Shown here one piece after another: positions 19,267 to 29,793 of a stretch of DNA of 64,000 nucleotides. Numbering within the stretch: position 1 is the stretch's first letter; each line of letters opens with the position of its first letter. Location: NCBI GenBank assembly GCA_000091205.1, contig AP006498.2; one strand, 5' to 3'. The notes beneath the pieces were generated by a model, which did no database searches, was not told the DNA's origin, and was given only the letters and a program-made list of their open reading frames with translations. The translations under genes and the position numbers were made by a program. The DNA comes from Cyanidioschyzon merolae (Eukaryota).

Positions 19267-19955
19267 TCAACGAATGGTCAGGATCGCGTTTCCCTTCAAC
19301 GGCGAGATGCGCGTCGTACCTCATGCCTGCCGGTTATGGAGGTGCGCATCTCGACCGCACTATATGCAGCAAAGAACAGGACTAGCTACTGACTAGCAAT
19401 GAGATGACCATTTCTTTCCCACTCTACAGTAAACGTTAAAAGGGCAAATGTTGCCATATCGTCGGAAGCTTACCTTCCAGGCGAAAGGTCCAGCGAGCCG
19501 GACGAGTCTCCGGGGGTTCGTGCTTCATGGCTTCCCCTTCGCCACCCCAGTGCCAGGTGCTTTAGTGATATCTGACCAACTCATCCCCGAAGCGGTTTAT
19601 TCCGGCATTAAGGGTGCTCAGGCAGCGTCTGGGCGTCGCCCTGGTCGCAGCGCATTCGGTGGTACGCCTACGCTGTTCTGTCCCTGTGCAGCATCCGCTC
19701 CAGCGGTACAAGCGCTGCGGCGGGTGCTCACCGCAGGCTCGGCGCACGAAAGAACGCACAAATCGACCAATCTAGCGGAAAGGGAGTCTAAGTAATGGAA
19801 CCTGGAGGCAGGGTGCACCATGATGGGCGCTTTCCCGAAAGCCGATATCCATCCCGCAATCCGTGATCCACGGTCAACGAATAGGTTTTCTCAGACCAGA
19901 AAAAGAACAAGACACGACGCACATCTCGCCGTTGAAGGGAAACGCGATCCTGATC
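19267..19955. repeat. MITE-like segment bounded by a 41-bp inverted-repeat pair. It encloses an R3 copy.
   Basis: ggtcaggatcgcgtttcccttcaacggcgagatgcgcgtcg at 19267-19307 is reverse-complemented at 19915-19955. The same pair occurs in the duplicate at 32415 and 33060. A single arm is present at 60089-60131 beside copy C. Confidence 0.45.
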
Positions 19956-20079
19956 ATGAACGTGTCGCTCTAACGGACAAGACGTGTTAGGGTTGAAGGG
20001 GCAGCAAGGTCTAGTCTTTCAATGCATTCGTGTTCCACTAGCCTCGTAGAGTATTCAAGTGGTTTTTCGCGGTTAACAG

Positions 20080-20583
20080 CAGATGCGTTCCAAGTGCGTT
20101 CGTTCTCAAAAAAAATAGAATGCAATGGTATGGACGTGAAAGTCGAGGATACCGGAGGACCGTCATTGCCGAGTTCGACAAGCAAAATGAGGAAATCCTC
20201 TTCCCGCCGACCACCTATCCAAGAAGAACAACGGGTGACGACAACGAAGACGATGACGATGACGACGATGCGATATAGGCGAGAAAAGGTGTTTGCTCAC
20301 CGGTACGTTTACGAAACTGTGGTGGCACAGAGAGCACGAGTTCGAGGCGTCTTCGCAAAGCGAGGTTCCACCATCGGCCATAAATGCAAGGAGTTCGTCG
20401 ACCGAGACCCCAACGTCGCCATCATGATCAGATAATATGCAGAGCGAAAGACTTTACCCGAGGAACTGACGCGATCTGACTTGCGGGGCAGTCTCTCAGG
20501 GTCTCCGTACACAACCAGAAGCTGAAGCCGACAGCAGGGCCCGGTCCAGCACGGCAGGGAGGCGTCTGCGGGTAGATATCCAT
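20080..20583 (+). mobile_element. Short non-autonomous Fanzor-derived element (family 2, F2a, about 500 bp).
   Basis: It has a Fanzor-type 5' terminus (gcgttccaagtgcgttcgttctcaaaaaaaata...gtcgaggataccggaggacc) joined to the 3' region, which encodes a RuvC-III remnant (KEFVDRDPNVAIMI) and a conserved tail ending gggtagatatccatg. The internal coding region is deleted. Confidence 0.6.
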
Positions 20584-22577
20584 GTATACGACATGGTCGT
20601 GGGACGTTTTTGTTCCACTGACAGGTGCGTTCGAGTTACATAGAACTGAACAGATCCACGGACAAAGACGTATGCACTAATATTTCGGCTTCTTTAAACG
20701 ACGCTGGTCTCTCCTTTCTCTCCGGCGCTGTTCATAGCAGTCGCACGATATTGGCGGTGGTGGTGTTCAGGCCCCGATTCCATAGCTGCCGACTCTTGTC
20801 TAGGCATTCCATGCACTGCCAAAAGTTGCCATCTTCGCTTCGCTTGCCATGTGCACCTTCTCTCCACTCTGTTGCGGTGCGCCCGTCGCAGCGTTGCCGC
20901 TTGGCTGTGGTCTGGCGGTCACATGCCACCAGCATACTTCGTCATCTGACGGCTAGTCGCTGACACGTGAACGCTCGCGTCGACGCTCCGTAACTGTGTG
21001 TGGCGGGTCCAGAAGCCTCACCTCAGTGCCCTGCTCCGTTCTCGCACCAGCTGCCGTAACCTACGCTCACGGGCTTCTGCTGGGCGATCGCCTCGGCGAG
21101 AGCGCTCCCCGCAGCACACGCCTGCGCATGCTGCTCCCTTCTCTAGACGACTCGTCGAAGGCGATGCTCTCCAGACAGGAACAGGTACCGCAACGAACCT
21201 CCCAGGCCGGCGTGCACGTCGTGAACTCTCGATCTGTCTTCGCTCGCTTCGCGCAAAGCAGTGACGCACACTCTACTCAAAGTCATCGCAGCGATGAGTA
21301 AAGCCCGGGTCCAAGACCCCTTTCCATGCGCAGAAAAGAGACGGGCGCCTCTGAGCGCATGTTCCGGGAACTGCACCATACTGCCAATGAGTGCCGCTCC
21401 GTCGATAGCCCCACATAGAGGTGGCATTGCCTCTCAAGCGAAACTGCCTGTTTGCAGTGATAAGCTGCGTGACGTTTCAGCGAGAGTCTGTGAACGAGTC
21501 GTCACGGCCTCAACCCAGGTATTTTTCGTCGTTCATCCAGCGACGTGAAGTGCTGCACCCGAGTGTCGCCTTGAAACAGAGGCATCGAACCTTGGCGCAT
21601 GCGAGTGATTCGTGCACGCTACACTTAGGAATATGAGAAGCGCAGAGGCTTGTACACATGTCGTGGAAGAAGATGCCTTTTATGTGATGAATCCTTGCTC
21701 GTGGGTGCCGCGCATCATTCAAATGACGGTGACGTGACGAATGCGAGCGGCAGAGGGTCTACAAAGCAACTCCGGATGTGCGACCCTGATTCCTACAGCT
21801 ACTTCCCAGTCCATGAGCCCGCACTGTTGCACTTTGCATCTACAGGCTGGAGATCTAAAACAATTGCGGAAAAATCTCAAGCCAGGAACTGCGCGAGCAG
21901 CTCAGTTCTCCACTTTAATCTGACTTAAGAATAGGATGCCATGGGTGCCTACAACTGGGACTCCGCGCGAACACGCTGCAGAAGCGTTGTTGCAGCCTCT
22001 GGACTGCAGGGAGCGCCACGCGGCGAACCAGGCCCTTTCCGCATACGACAACCCGACTCGCCAGGCTGTGACCTGGCCATACCTCAGATGGTGCTTCAGC
22101 GAACCTTGGTTCCGGACGGCCGACTTCATACGCTGGACATAGGAGCATTGCGTACTCTTTTGATCCTTCGAGAAAACATGTAATCGTTATGTGGGAACGA
22201 GCAACGCCCCTCACGGAGCATGCCACATTCGTTCTCCTGTTGCTCAACTGCCCCCCAGCCGCGGTGTCTGACGAGACGTTTGCTCTCGGGGACACCCGAC
22301 AAGTTAAATACGAACGGATTCGGGCATCCCAGGCCCGCTGATGCTATTCGAGAAGGCATACGCCTGTCGTAAATGAAACGCAATGTGTACCTCTATGGCG
22401 CACCCTCTGACGAGCAGATGCCAACACACGCGCGCTCGAAGACTGCTCCCGAAAGAAGGCCTTCCAGGACACGTAAGAGCTCTTCAATAGCATAGTGCTT
22501 GCAGCTGGTTCTGCTCAGTCCGCTCAGAGCGACGCTAGACCTCACACTGATTCCGTAGGAGCTTGCAACACAGTGCA

Positions 22578-24170
22578 CTACAGGCTTCCGAGTATGATTG
22601 AGCCCACAAGACAAAGAGCAAGCACACCGCCAATGTCTGTAAGCGTGCTGAGCAGTGGGCTCGCGCAGTGGCATGGATCCAATCCCATCTGAGCCAGGAT
22701 GAGCGGAGCAATTGTTCCGATTAGAACTGCAGTGAAAACGGTTATCCAAAGAGAGGTTGAGACAGTTACACAGGCCAAAAAGTCACCGCCCCCGATATAT
22801 ACACGCGTAAAGCCAACTGCTGAAAGGATCGTGGCTATAGCGCACCCGACGAGGAGTTCCCTCCGGATGACACGACCCGCATTTGCAGGGCTGATCTCTC
22901 CGGTGGCGAGCCCTCGTATCACCAGGGCACTGGATTGGTTACCGGCGTTACCACCGGCACCAACCATCATCGTTAGAAAGAGTGCGAGCACGACGTGACG
23001 TTCAATGAGGGCCGAATACTGGCCCAATACAATCGAGCTCAATGACTGGAGAAGCAGAAGAGCAACCAACCATGCAGATCGACCAATTACGAAGGATCGT
23101 GTGCTCGTCTGAAAGTACGACTCTATGTCATCTCTCTGTAAAGGTGATTCGACACCACCAAAGCGAAGGATGTCGTCAGTTGCTTCAAGTTCCATCTCCC
23201 GAATGATATCCGCTGCGGTAACGAGCCCTACGAGACGCATCTCACGATCCACAACAGGGGCAGTCAGTGCTCCAACGTTCCGCAGGCGCCGAACTGCTGC
23301 CTCAAACTCCTCGTCAACCGAAAGCACAACAGAGCATTGTCGCACAAACTGATCAATTTTCTGTTCATCATCCGCGGCAAGCAAGAGATCCTCCAAAGAG
23401 AGAAATCCCACAAGCCCCGACGTGCACGGGTCCAGTACGTAGAGTGCATCCAAAACAGGGGCACTCTGATTCCTTACCTGCATTGCGGCAGTTATCGGGA
23501 GCTGTAGGGAGCCTGGTGCTTGCGAGTTGCTGTCCCGGACGGTGCCATTCACTGTCGCAGGATCGGGTACTGGGGCGGTATCATGGACACGATGGAGCTG
23601 CCAGAGGAGGCCCTTGCACTCACGCACCGTGTAGCCCAGGGGAACCGTTACAGCCTCGCGTCGCGAGGTTGTATCGGTCCAGACCCCACCGGCCGGGACG
23701 CAACCGGGGCCCATGATAGTAGCGACACAGGCCTCGCGGTCTGCAACCCGGGCTTTGAGAAGCGAATCACCAGTTTCAGCGGTCGGAGACCTCGAGTCCT
23801 GCCAAAGTCCATCAGGAAGCGGCCTCAGAGTATCGTTCGAGTGCTCCGCGCGTGGCCCGGTGCTGGCTGTTGCACTCAGAACGCGGCGCCGGAGACGTAC
23901 CCTCGACCTCCCCATAGAGGCCGGTCGCGTGCCGGCTACACCACGAGCAGCGGTCGCGCCGTAGCTAAGGCCACCAGCCACGCGTGTCCGCCACGCGCAT
24001 GCGTTTCGGTGTGCAGTTCCCGAGTGAACCGCGACCTGGCCGGTCCACCGAACTGAGCTCGTCACAAAACTCAGAAAGGAGGCCCCGAAGCGCTCAGAGC
24101 TCGTCATAGCCGCATTCGACGTACTTCGGAGCCTCTTTGGCGTCCCTTGGGTACCTAAGACAACACTCAT
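22578..24170 (-). CDS. MgtE-family (SLC41-like) magnesium transporter with a cytosolic CBS pair.
   Basis: It has CBS-like segments (SVDEEFEAAVRRLRNVGALTAPVVD...LVGLVTAADIIREM) and an MgtE membrane domain containing the MMVGAGGNAGNQSSAL motif. The start is an ATG. Confidence 0.85.
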   Translation of the reverse strand: MSVVLGTQGTPKRLRSTSNAAMTSSERFGASFLSFVTSSVRWTGQVAVHSGTAHRNACAWRTRVAGGLSYGATAARGVAGTRPASMGRSRVRLRRRVLSATASTGPRAEHSNDTLRPLPDGLWQDSRSPTAETGDSLLKARVADREACVATIMGPGCVPAGGVWTDTTSRREAVTVPLGYTVRECKGLLWQLHRVHDTAPVPDPATVNGTVRDSNSQAPGSLQLPITAAMQVRNQSAPVLDALYVLDPCTSGLVGFLSLEDLLLAADDEQKIDQFVRQCSVVLSVDEEFEAAVRRLRNVGALTAPVVDREMRLVGLVTAADIIREMELEATDDILRFGGVESPLQRDDIESYFQTSTRSFVIGRSAWLVALLLLQSLSSIVLGQYSALIERHVVLALFLTMMVGAGGNAGNQSSALVIRGLATGEISPANAGRVIRRELLVGCAIATILSAVGFTRVYIGGGDFLACVTVSTSLWITVFTAVLIGTIAPLILAQMGLDPCHCASPLLSTLTDIGGVLALCLVGSIILGSL

Positions 24171-24386
24171 TCAATAGGCTCCCGAGAGAAGCCTGGGGAG
24201 CTGCAAAAGATATCTGCAGTGGACCGTCGTGCGCTTCCAGGTTGCCCGACTTGGGCGAGTGCTCCACTGGAACGAACAGCAGCGAGAGCGCTCGATGACG
24301 CCCGGCGGCAGCGCAGCTGCAGATCGCACACTCGTCCATTTGCGGGTGTAGCTGCAATCGCTAAATTGTCAAGTGCAAGCGGCACC

Positions 24387-24975
24387 AGCAACTCGAGAAC
24401 GATGGGTTTCTCTCTCTACGGTAAGTGCTGAAAGGGGGAAGAGGTTTTCCGTATTTTCGAAACTTTATCCTATAGATGGAAAAGCAGCAACTCGAGAACG
24501 ATGGGTTTCCATCTCCACGGTAAGCGCTGAAAGGGGAAGAGGTATTCCGTATTTTCGAAACTCTACCCCATAGATGGAAAAGCAGCAACTCGAGAGCGTT
24601 TGCTTTCCCTCTCTACGGTAAGTGCTGAAAGGGGGAAGAGGTTTTCCGTATTTTCGAAACTTTATCCTATAGATGGAAAAGCAGCAACTCGAGAACGATG
24701 GGTTTCCATCTCCACGGTAAGCGCTGAAAGGGGGAAGAGGTATTCCGTATTTTCGAAACTCTACCCCATAGATGGAAAAGCAGCAACTCGAGAGCGTTTG
24801 CTTTCCCTCTCTACGGTAAGCGCTGAAAGGGGGAAGAGGTATTCCGTATTTTCGAAACTCTACCCCATAGATGGAAAACCAGCAACTCGAGAACGATGGG
24901 TTTCCATCTCCACGGTAAGCGCTGAAAGGGGGAAGAGGTTTTCCGTATTTTCGAAACTTTACCCTATAGATGGCA
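24387..24975. repeat. Tandem array of six 98-99-bp units, with two alternating variants giving a period of about 197 bp.
   Basis: The unit is agcaactcgagaacgatgggtttccatctccacggtaagcgctgaaagggggaagaggtattccgtattttcgaaactctaccccatagatggaaa. Each unit carries a GGTAAG splice-donor-like site and a downstream GUAUUUUCG tract. Confidence 0.9.
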
Positions 24976-26442
24976 GATCTCGCGTGCTCGACGTGTCTAC
25001 CGGGCTTGTGCTCCGTGCGACTCTGCAGTGGCGGGTGCTCTTGCGCGACCTGAGTAGCATACCCGCTCCTAGGCCCAGAATAAAGTGCGTTGGGGACGAG
25101 TGGCTGTGCTGTTGCCACTGCACTCGCCAGGGCAGAGACGCGCGGACCTACAACACCGGAGCATTGTCGGCCTTGCGGGACCTTTCGTACAGAAGCTAGG
25201 TTTGCGACTGTAAGGAAACCTTCACCACTTTTCAGCTCTTACGGTGGAGTGGGAACGAAGTCATGCAAAGTAGTTTGTTCGTGTTTCATTTCTGTTCTAT
25301 TACCCTAATAGTTGATGTCCAGTGAAACGGAACGCATGCCCGGGTTGCGCTGCCGGCGCGGCAATTGTTGATACAATAACATCGATGAATCGAACCAGAA
25401 CGCTTGGGATGCGTACGTTCGTGCTGTACGCAATCAGGAAAGTGACCAGCATTCCCTAGAGACGTCCATGCGCCCCGGAAGCTGCAGCCCGTTTCCCAGC
25501 CTGCACCGGGAGTTTGACTGAGCGAACGACCCTGCAATTGCCGAGCCTACCGCAAGCGCTTGCTGTGGCGTTGCAGGCGCCCAACTAGTCGCCTTGTGGA
25601 GACAAAAAGCGTCTGCGTCGTATCCCAGCGGGAATCTCATCGAGGCTCAGGGCCATGCCCGCCTGGCACACGCCCCTTCGTTGTCCGTGCGAATTTCGGG
25701 CCGCATGGAGGTCGTGCTGCGGCGCGAACTCGCGGCATCGTCGTATCTGCTCGCTGAAGAGCGACCGCCTGCGGTCGCTGCTTCCTCCGCATACCGTGCA
25801 ACTGCATTCTTTCTGCCAACGGGGGTGACGTGCGCCAGTTCGGCATCGCCCGCGTGCTGCAAATTTGAAACCGTCACCGGCAAAGGATTTCTGTCCGCCT
25901 AAGTAGCTTCTCTAGGCACAGGCGTCTCCATCGGGAGCTGGGTACACGTGCTGGGTTCCGGATGAGGGTGCATACCCAGTCTCGCCACAATGCCCGCTCG
26001 CTGGACGTATCCGCGTGACGCTGTGTGCCTCGTTTGCCTCCAGGCCGGGTTTCTGGTAGTTGAGGACACCGCGCAGCCTGCTCATATGCAAGCCAGCCGA
26101 TCCTGCGTGCATTTTCGTGATCGAGTGCTCGCGTGCGTGCTATCAGTAGCCCGTCTGCGTGCCATCCGATTCCACGAGGAATCTTCAGAACAAATGCGCG
26201 CACCTACAGCATCAGTGGCAACGAGTAAGCACGAGTACCGCAGACCTCGAGTGCAGACTGCTGTATGCCTTGCATGCAGCGCGTCGCGCTGTCGACGCTG
26301 CGGCAGGGCGCCTTGTGCGCAAATCGGCTGCGACGTCTGTACTCGCGTCGAGACGCCTTTCCAGTAGGCAGCGTTCGGGAAAACTGCAGCCTTGCCAATA
26401 GAACTGAACGTTGTTGCACGGAATAGGAGCTGTGGAACATGC

Positions 26443-28353
26443 ATGTCCAGGGAAAACGGGAACAACGGCCAGAATGGGAATACGACGGACGAAGAGGCTT
26501 TCCTTGTCGACGAGAGAACAATGACGGTAGATGGGCTTCCCCTGCACATCTGGTGTCGCACGCCCGGGAACCTAGCAAAAGTACGGGCCCTGGTGGAGCG
26601 AGGCGCAGACGTCAACGCGGTTGACGAACACGATGCGACACCGGTCTACTACTGCGCCTTGACGGGGAACGCTCCAGTGCTCCGTTTCCTGCTAGAAGCG
26701 GGAGCCGTGCTCGACCCGAAAACGTTTGTTGGCGAGCGTGTTCTATACGCCGCTCTAACTCCAGAAATTAAACGCTTGCTGCTTCAGTATCGGGAGCAAA
26801 CGCTCCCTAGCTATACGGATGCACTGACGGAGCACCTGCGCGCTGTCCTGGAGGGTAACGAGAACGTCGGCGGACACGTCGATGATGATGCCGACGTCGG
26901 CTTCAGACTTGAGGGGAATCGCTGCATCTGGGCCCATCGGGTGGTGCTCGCTGCCCGCAGCCCGGTTTTCGAGAAAATCCTCGAGAAACGAACATCACCG
27001 GGCAAAGTCCTGCGGCTGAAACACGTCTCCACGGATGCATTCGAGGCGTTTCTGCGCTACCTGTACACCTCAACCGTTTCCGTGCGGGTACGGCATGCGG
27101 AAGAATTCATGACCATAGCGCAGCGGTTCCATCTCGATGAGCTCGCCCAGGAAGTCGATAGGCAAAGGCAATGGCTCTTGCGAAAGCGCGAGCACAAATA
27201 CGAAGTTGTAACGCATCAGCGCCTCGAAGATCTACACATCAATCTTTTCGGCGCGTCGCGAGTCCACCGTCTGGAACAGGACTTGGAGCACCTTCTGTCG
27301 CGTACCGATAACATGCCGTTCGTGGACGTGTACGTACAGGTAACGTGCCCAGGCCCCACATACGAGGAATGTTCGTTGTTGGTGTACCCCGCGCACTGGC
27401 TTTTTCTTCGTCGTGCGGAGTACTTTCGGGCCTTGCGCGACTTTTATCGCGATCGTTCCAGTGCCTGTGCAATCGTGCGCATCCCGTCGAATATCTCTCC
27501 TTTTGCTTTCGAATGCGTGTTGCATCACATGTACCATTCGAGCCTTCCCCGGAACTGGCGCGAAAAGGCACTTGATTGTGCGCGCCTCCGACGCGAGCCG
27601 TGCAATCATCACGCAGTGGACGTCGACATGAACGAGTTTCTGGTGGAGATCATTGCCGCCGCCGACCTTCTGGGCTATCCGCATGTGAAGCAGTCAGCCG
27701 CCTCAGCGATGGAAATCAATCGCATCAATGTCTTCGGTCTCATCTACGCGGCGGCATGTTATCAGTCGCGGGCGTTGCGAGCAGCTTGTGTGCGAATCCT
27801 TGCGGAGATGCTGTTGGATGCGGTGCAGCCTCTGCTTGTGCCGAGCGTCACGGCGATTTCTTGTTCGGCAACCCGAGTTCCAGAGCCCGGCAGTATTGCA
27901 GAGGCCTTGGTGCCGCACGTGGATTCGCAGTTGAGGCTTCCGCCCGCCGATTCTCGCACACGAGACTCGTCGATTGCCACCTCACAGGAATCGAACCACG
28001 CTAGCCAATGCTCGTCGATTGCTGCAGTGTCCGCAACGGACACTTGCACAATGCCGTCGTGGCAGGTTCTGAACCAGTGTCCGACGCATGTCGTTCAGGT
28101 CGACCGGCACGCAACCGTTTTCCAGCGTGCGCGCGATTTCATCGCCCTCAGACAAGTGCTCAGTGCGGTTGAATTCTCGGAAATCATGGAGGATGTTCGC
28201 GAGGAAGCCCTGCGTCTGGGCCTCGTGCATAAATTTAGTTCGGCAGTCAGGGACGCACTCGGCGAGACGCTGGATTGTATCGTTTTCGAAATCACGGACG
28301 GGCTGGTGTTGGCCGAGGGCAGCGCAGAGCGCACCACGAGACACCATGCGTAG
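26443..28353 (+). CDS. Ankyrin-repeat and BTB/POZ-domain protein.
   Basis: It has N-terminal ankyrin-like repeats (GADVNAVDEHDATPVYYCALTGNAPVLRFLLEAGA) and a BTB-like domain (GNRCIWAHRVVLAARSPVFEKILE...LKHVSTDAFEAFLRYLYT). The track start at 26392 is a TTG, so the start was moved to the first ATG. Confidence 0.7.
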   Translation: MSRENGNNGQNGNTTDEEAFLVDERTMTVDGLPLHIWCRTPGNLAKVRALVERGADVNAVDEHDATPVYYCALTGNAPVLRFLLEAGAVLDPKTFVGERVLYAALTPEIKRLLLQYREQTLPSYTDALTEHLRAVLEGNENVGGHVDDDADVGFRLEGNRCIWAHRVVLAARSPVFEKILEKRTSPGKVLRLKHVSTDAFEAFLRYLYTSTVSVRVRHAEEFMTIAQRFHLDELAQEVDRQRQWLLRKREHKYEVVTHQRLEDLHINLFGASRVHRLEQDLEHLLSRTDNMPFVDVYVQVTCPGPTYEECSLLVYPAHWLFLRRAEYFRALRDFYRDRSSACAIVRIPSNISPFAFECVLHHMYHSSLPRNWREKALDCARLRREPCNHHAVDVDMNEFLVEIIAAADLLGYPHVKQSAASAMEINRINVFGLIYAAACYQSRALRAACVRILAEMLLDAVQPLLVPSVTAISCSATRVPEPGSIAEALVPHVDSQLRLPPADSRTRDSSIATSQESNHASQCSSIAAVSATDTCTMPSWQVLNQCPTHVVQVDRHATVFQRARDFIALRQVLSAVEFSEIMEDVREEALRLGLVHKFSSAVRDALGETLDCIVFEITDGLVLAEGSAERTTRHHA

Positions 28354-28393
28354 CACATGCACTGGACTAGCGTGCAGAACGCCGTTTCCAACT

Positions 28394-29212
28394 TTACATA
28401 TCGCGAAACTCTATTCGACGCGATTTTAGAAGCGCCCACTTGAATCGTTTCATGTAAAGCATCAGACCTGCCAGAATGCCCAGAGAAACCATGGTTTCAA
28501 CACCCATGAGCTTGCGCTGATCGTGCTCCGGCTCTGCTGCCCAGCTCAGAAACGTAGCCACATCTTTCGCCATCTGACTTGTTGTGGCCGGAGTTCCGTC
28601 GTCGTACTCGACACCGTCATCGTAGAGCGCTCGGGCCATTGCAATCTGCTGGCCAGGGAAGTATGGATTGTAGTAGAGGCCTTCGCGAACGTGCACACCG
28701 GCCGGTGGATCACGGTAACCAGTCAGGAGTGCGAAGATGTAGTCGGCACCACCATGACGTGCCTTGGTGATCAAAGATAGGTCCGGCGGAAGCGCTCCGT
28801 TGTTGGCGTAGCGCGCGGCCTCTGCATTTGGATATGGCGCTGGGAAATAGTCCGAGAGTCGGCCAGGACGAGTAAACATCTCGCCTTCGTCGTTAGGCCC
28901 ATCCTCAACCTCAACCTCCTCCGCTAGCTGTTTCGCCTCCTCCTCAGTGAAGGCAACACCCACCAGGTTGCGAAAAGCGACTCGGTTCATCGAGTGGCAC
29001 GAAGAGCAAACATTCTTGTAAACTTGGTAGCCACGACGTATGGAAGCTGCGTCAAACGCTGACAAGGGACCGCGGTGAGACCAGGGGTATTTTGGTGGTG
29101 GCAAGTGGTCCTCTTCGGCGAGCGCGGGCTGTGCGCTCATCAGAAGATACCCGGCACCCGAGACGCCCGCCGCGAAAGCCGCGCCGTTCAGCAGTCGCGT
29201 TAGGACCTGCAT
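28394..29212 (-). CDS. CYC1: Cytochrome c1 of the bc1 complex.
   Basis: It has a heme-binding CSSCHS motif ([21 protein letters not shown]), followed by [25 protein letters not shown] and a C-terminal membrane anchor. The track ORF starts at a GTG at 29314, so the start was moved to the first in-frame ATG ([16 protein letters not shown]...). Confidence 0.85.
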   Translation of the reverse strand: MQVLTRLLNGAAFAAGVSGAGYLLMSAQPALAEEDHLPPPKYPWSHRGPLSAFDAASIRRGYQVYKNVCSSCHSMNRVAFRNLVGVAFTEEEAKQLAEEVEVEDGPNDEGEMFTRPGRLSDYFPAPYPNAEAARYANNGALPPDLSLITKARHGGADYIFALLTGYRDPPAGVHVREGLYYNPYFPGQQIAMARALYDDGVEYDDGTPATTSQMAKDVATFLSWAAEPEHDQRKLMGVETMVSLGILAGLMLYMKRFKWALLKSRRIEFRDM

Positions 29213-29793
29213 TCCTTTGACGCGATTCTTCTCGATATAATTGAAGCGTTGTCCAGTAACCTGAAAGATCGGGCGCTGCCAGAAAACTCGTCCGCAACAA
29301 GGCACGAAATGCACGCCCTGTCGAAGCGCAACAGCACACCGGTACAGTGTTAGCGGCCTTTCACCGCAGAAACTCGCACTGATGGTGCTTTACGGAAGCT
29401 TCTCTTCGTCGCGCCTTGAGCTCTGTTCCCGGTCGAAGCGAGGCTCCCCGGGTCTGCAAAGCTCTAATAAAGCCACGTGGGCAAAGAGTCGTGCACTGCA
29501 GCAGCTGCAGCACGAACCAGATATGCTGCACCCGTTCAGAGCAAGTGCAGTGCCTCGTCTCTACTGCCGATAACGGATCCGGAGACCGACGACGGTAGAG
29601 AAACCAAACGCCTTCACAGAGTCGAACGATGCCGACTGTGTACAGTAGTGGCGGTGAACGCGCCCTAGACTTAAAGTCGCCAATTGACGTGCAGACGCCT
29701 CCCAGCCTTTCTCGACCGGCCACCTACTACTGCTTCCAACTTCTTCTCATATAGTTCGACTTTGAGAGGTTGTCCAACAAAGTTCTCTCTTGT

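Larger units (their letters stand above)
16720..21903. repeat. Segmental duplication, copy 1 (5.18 kb). It contains Fanzor copy A, the R3 segment bounded by inverted repeats, and short derivative F2a.
   Basis: It is about 98-99% identical to 29640..35047 over its whole length. The flanks differ on both sides, with HSP70 and MgtE here versus cytochrome c1 and cytochrome b5 for copy 2. Confidence 0.9.
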
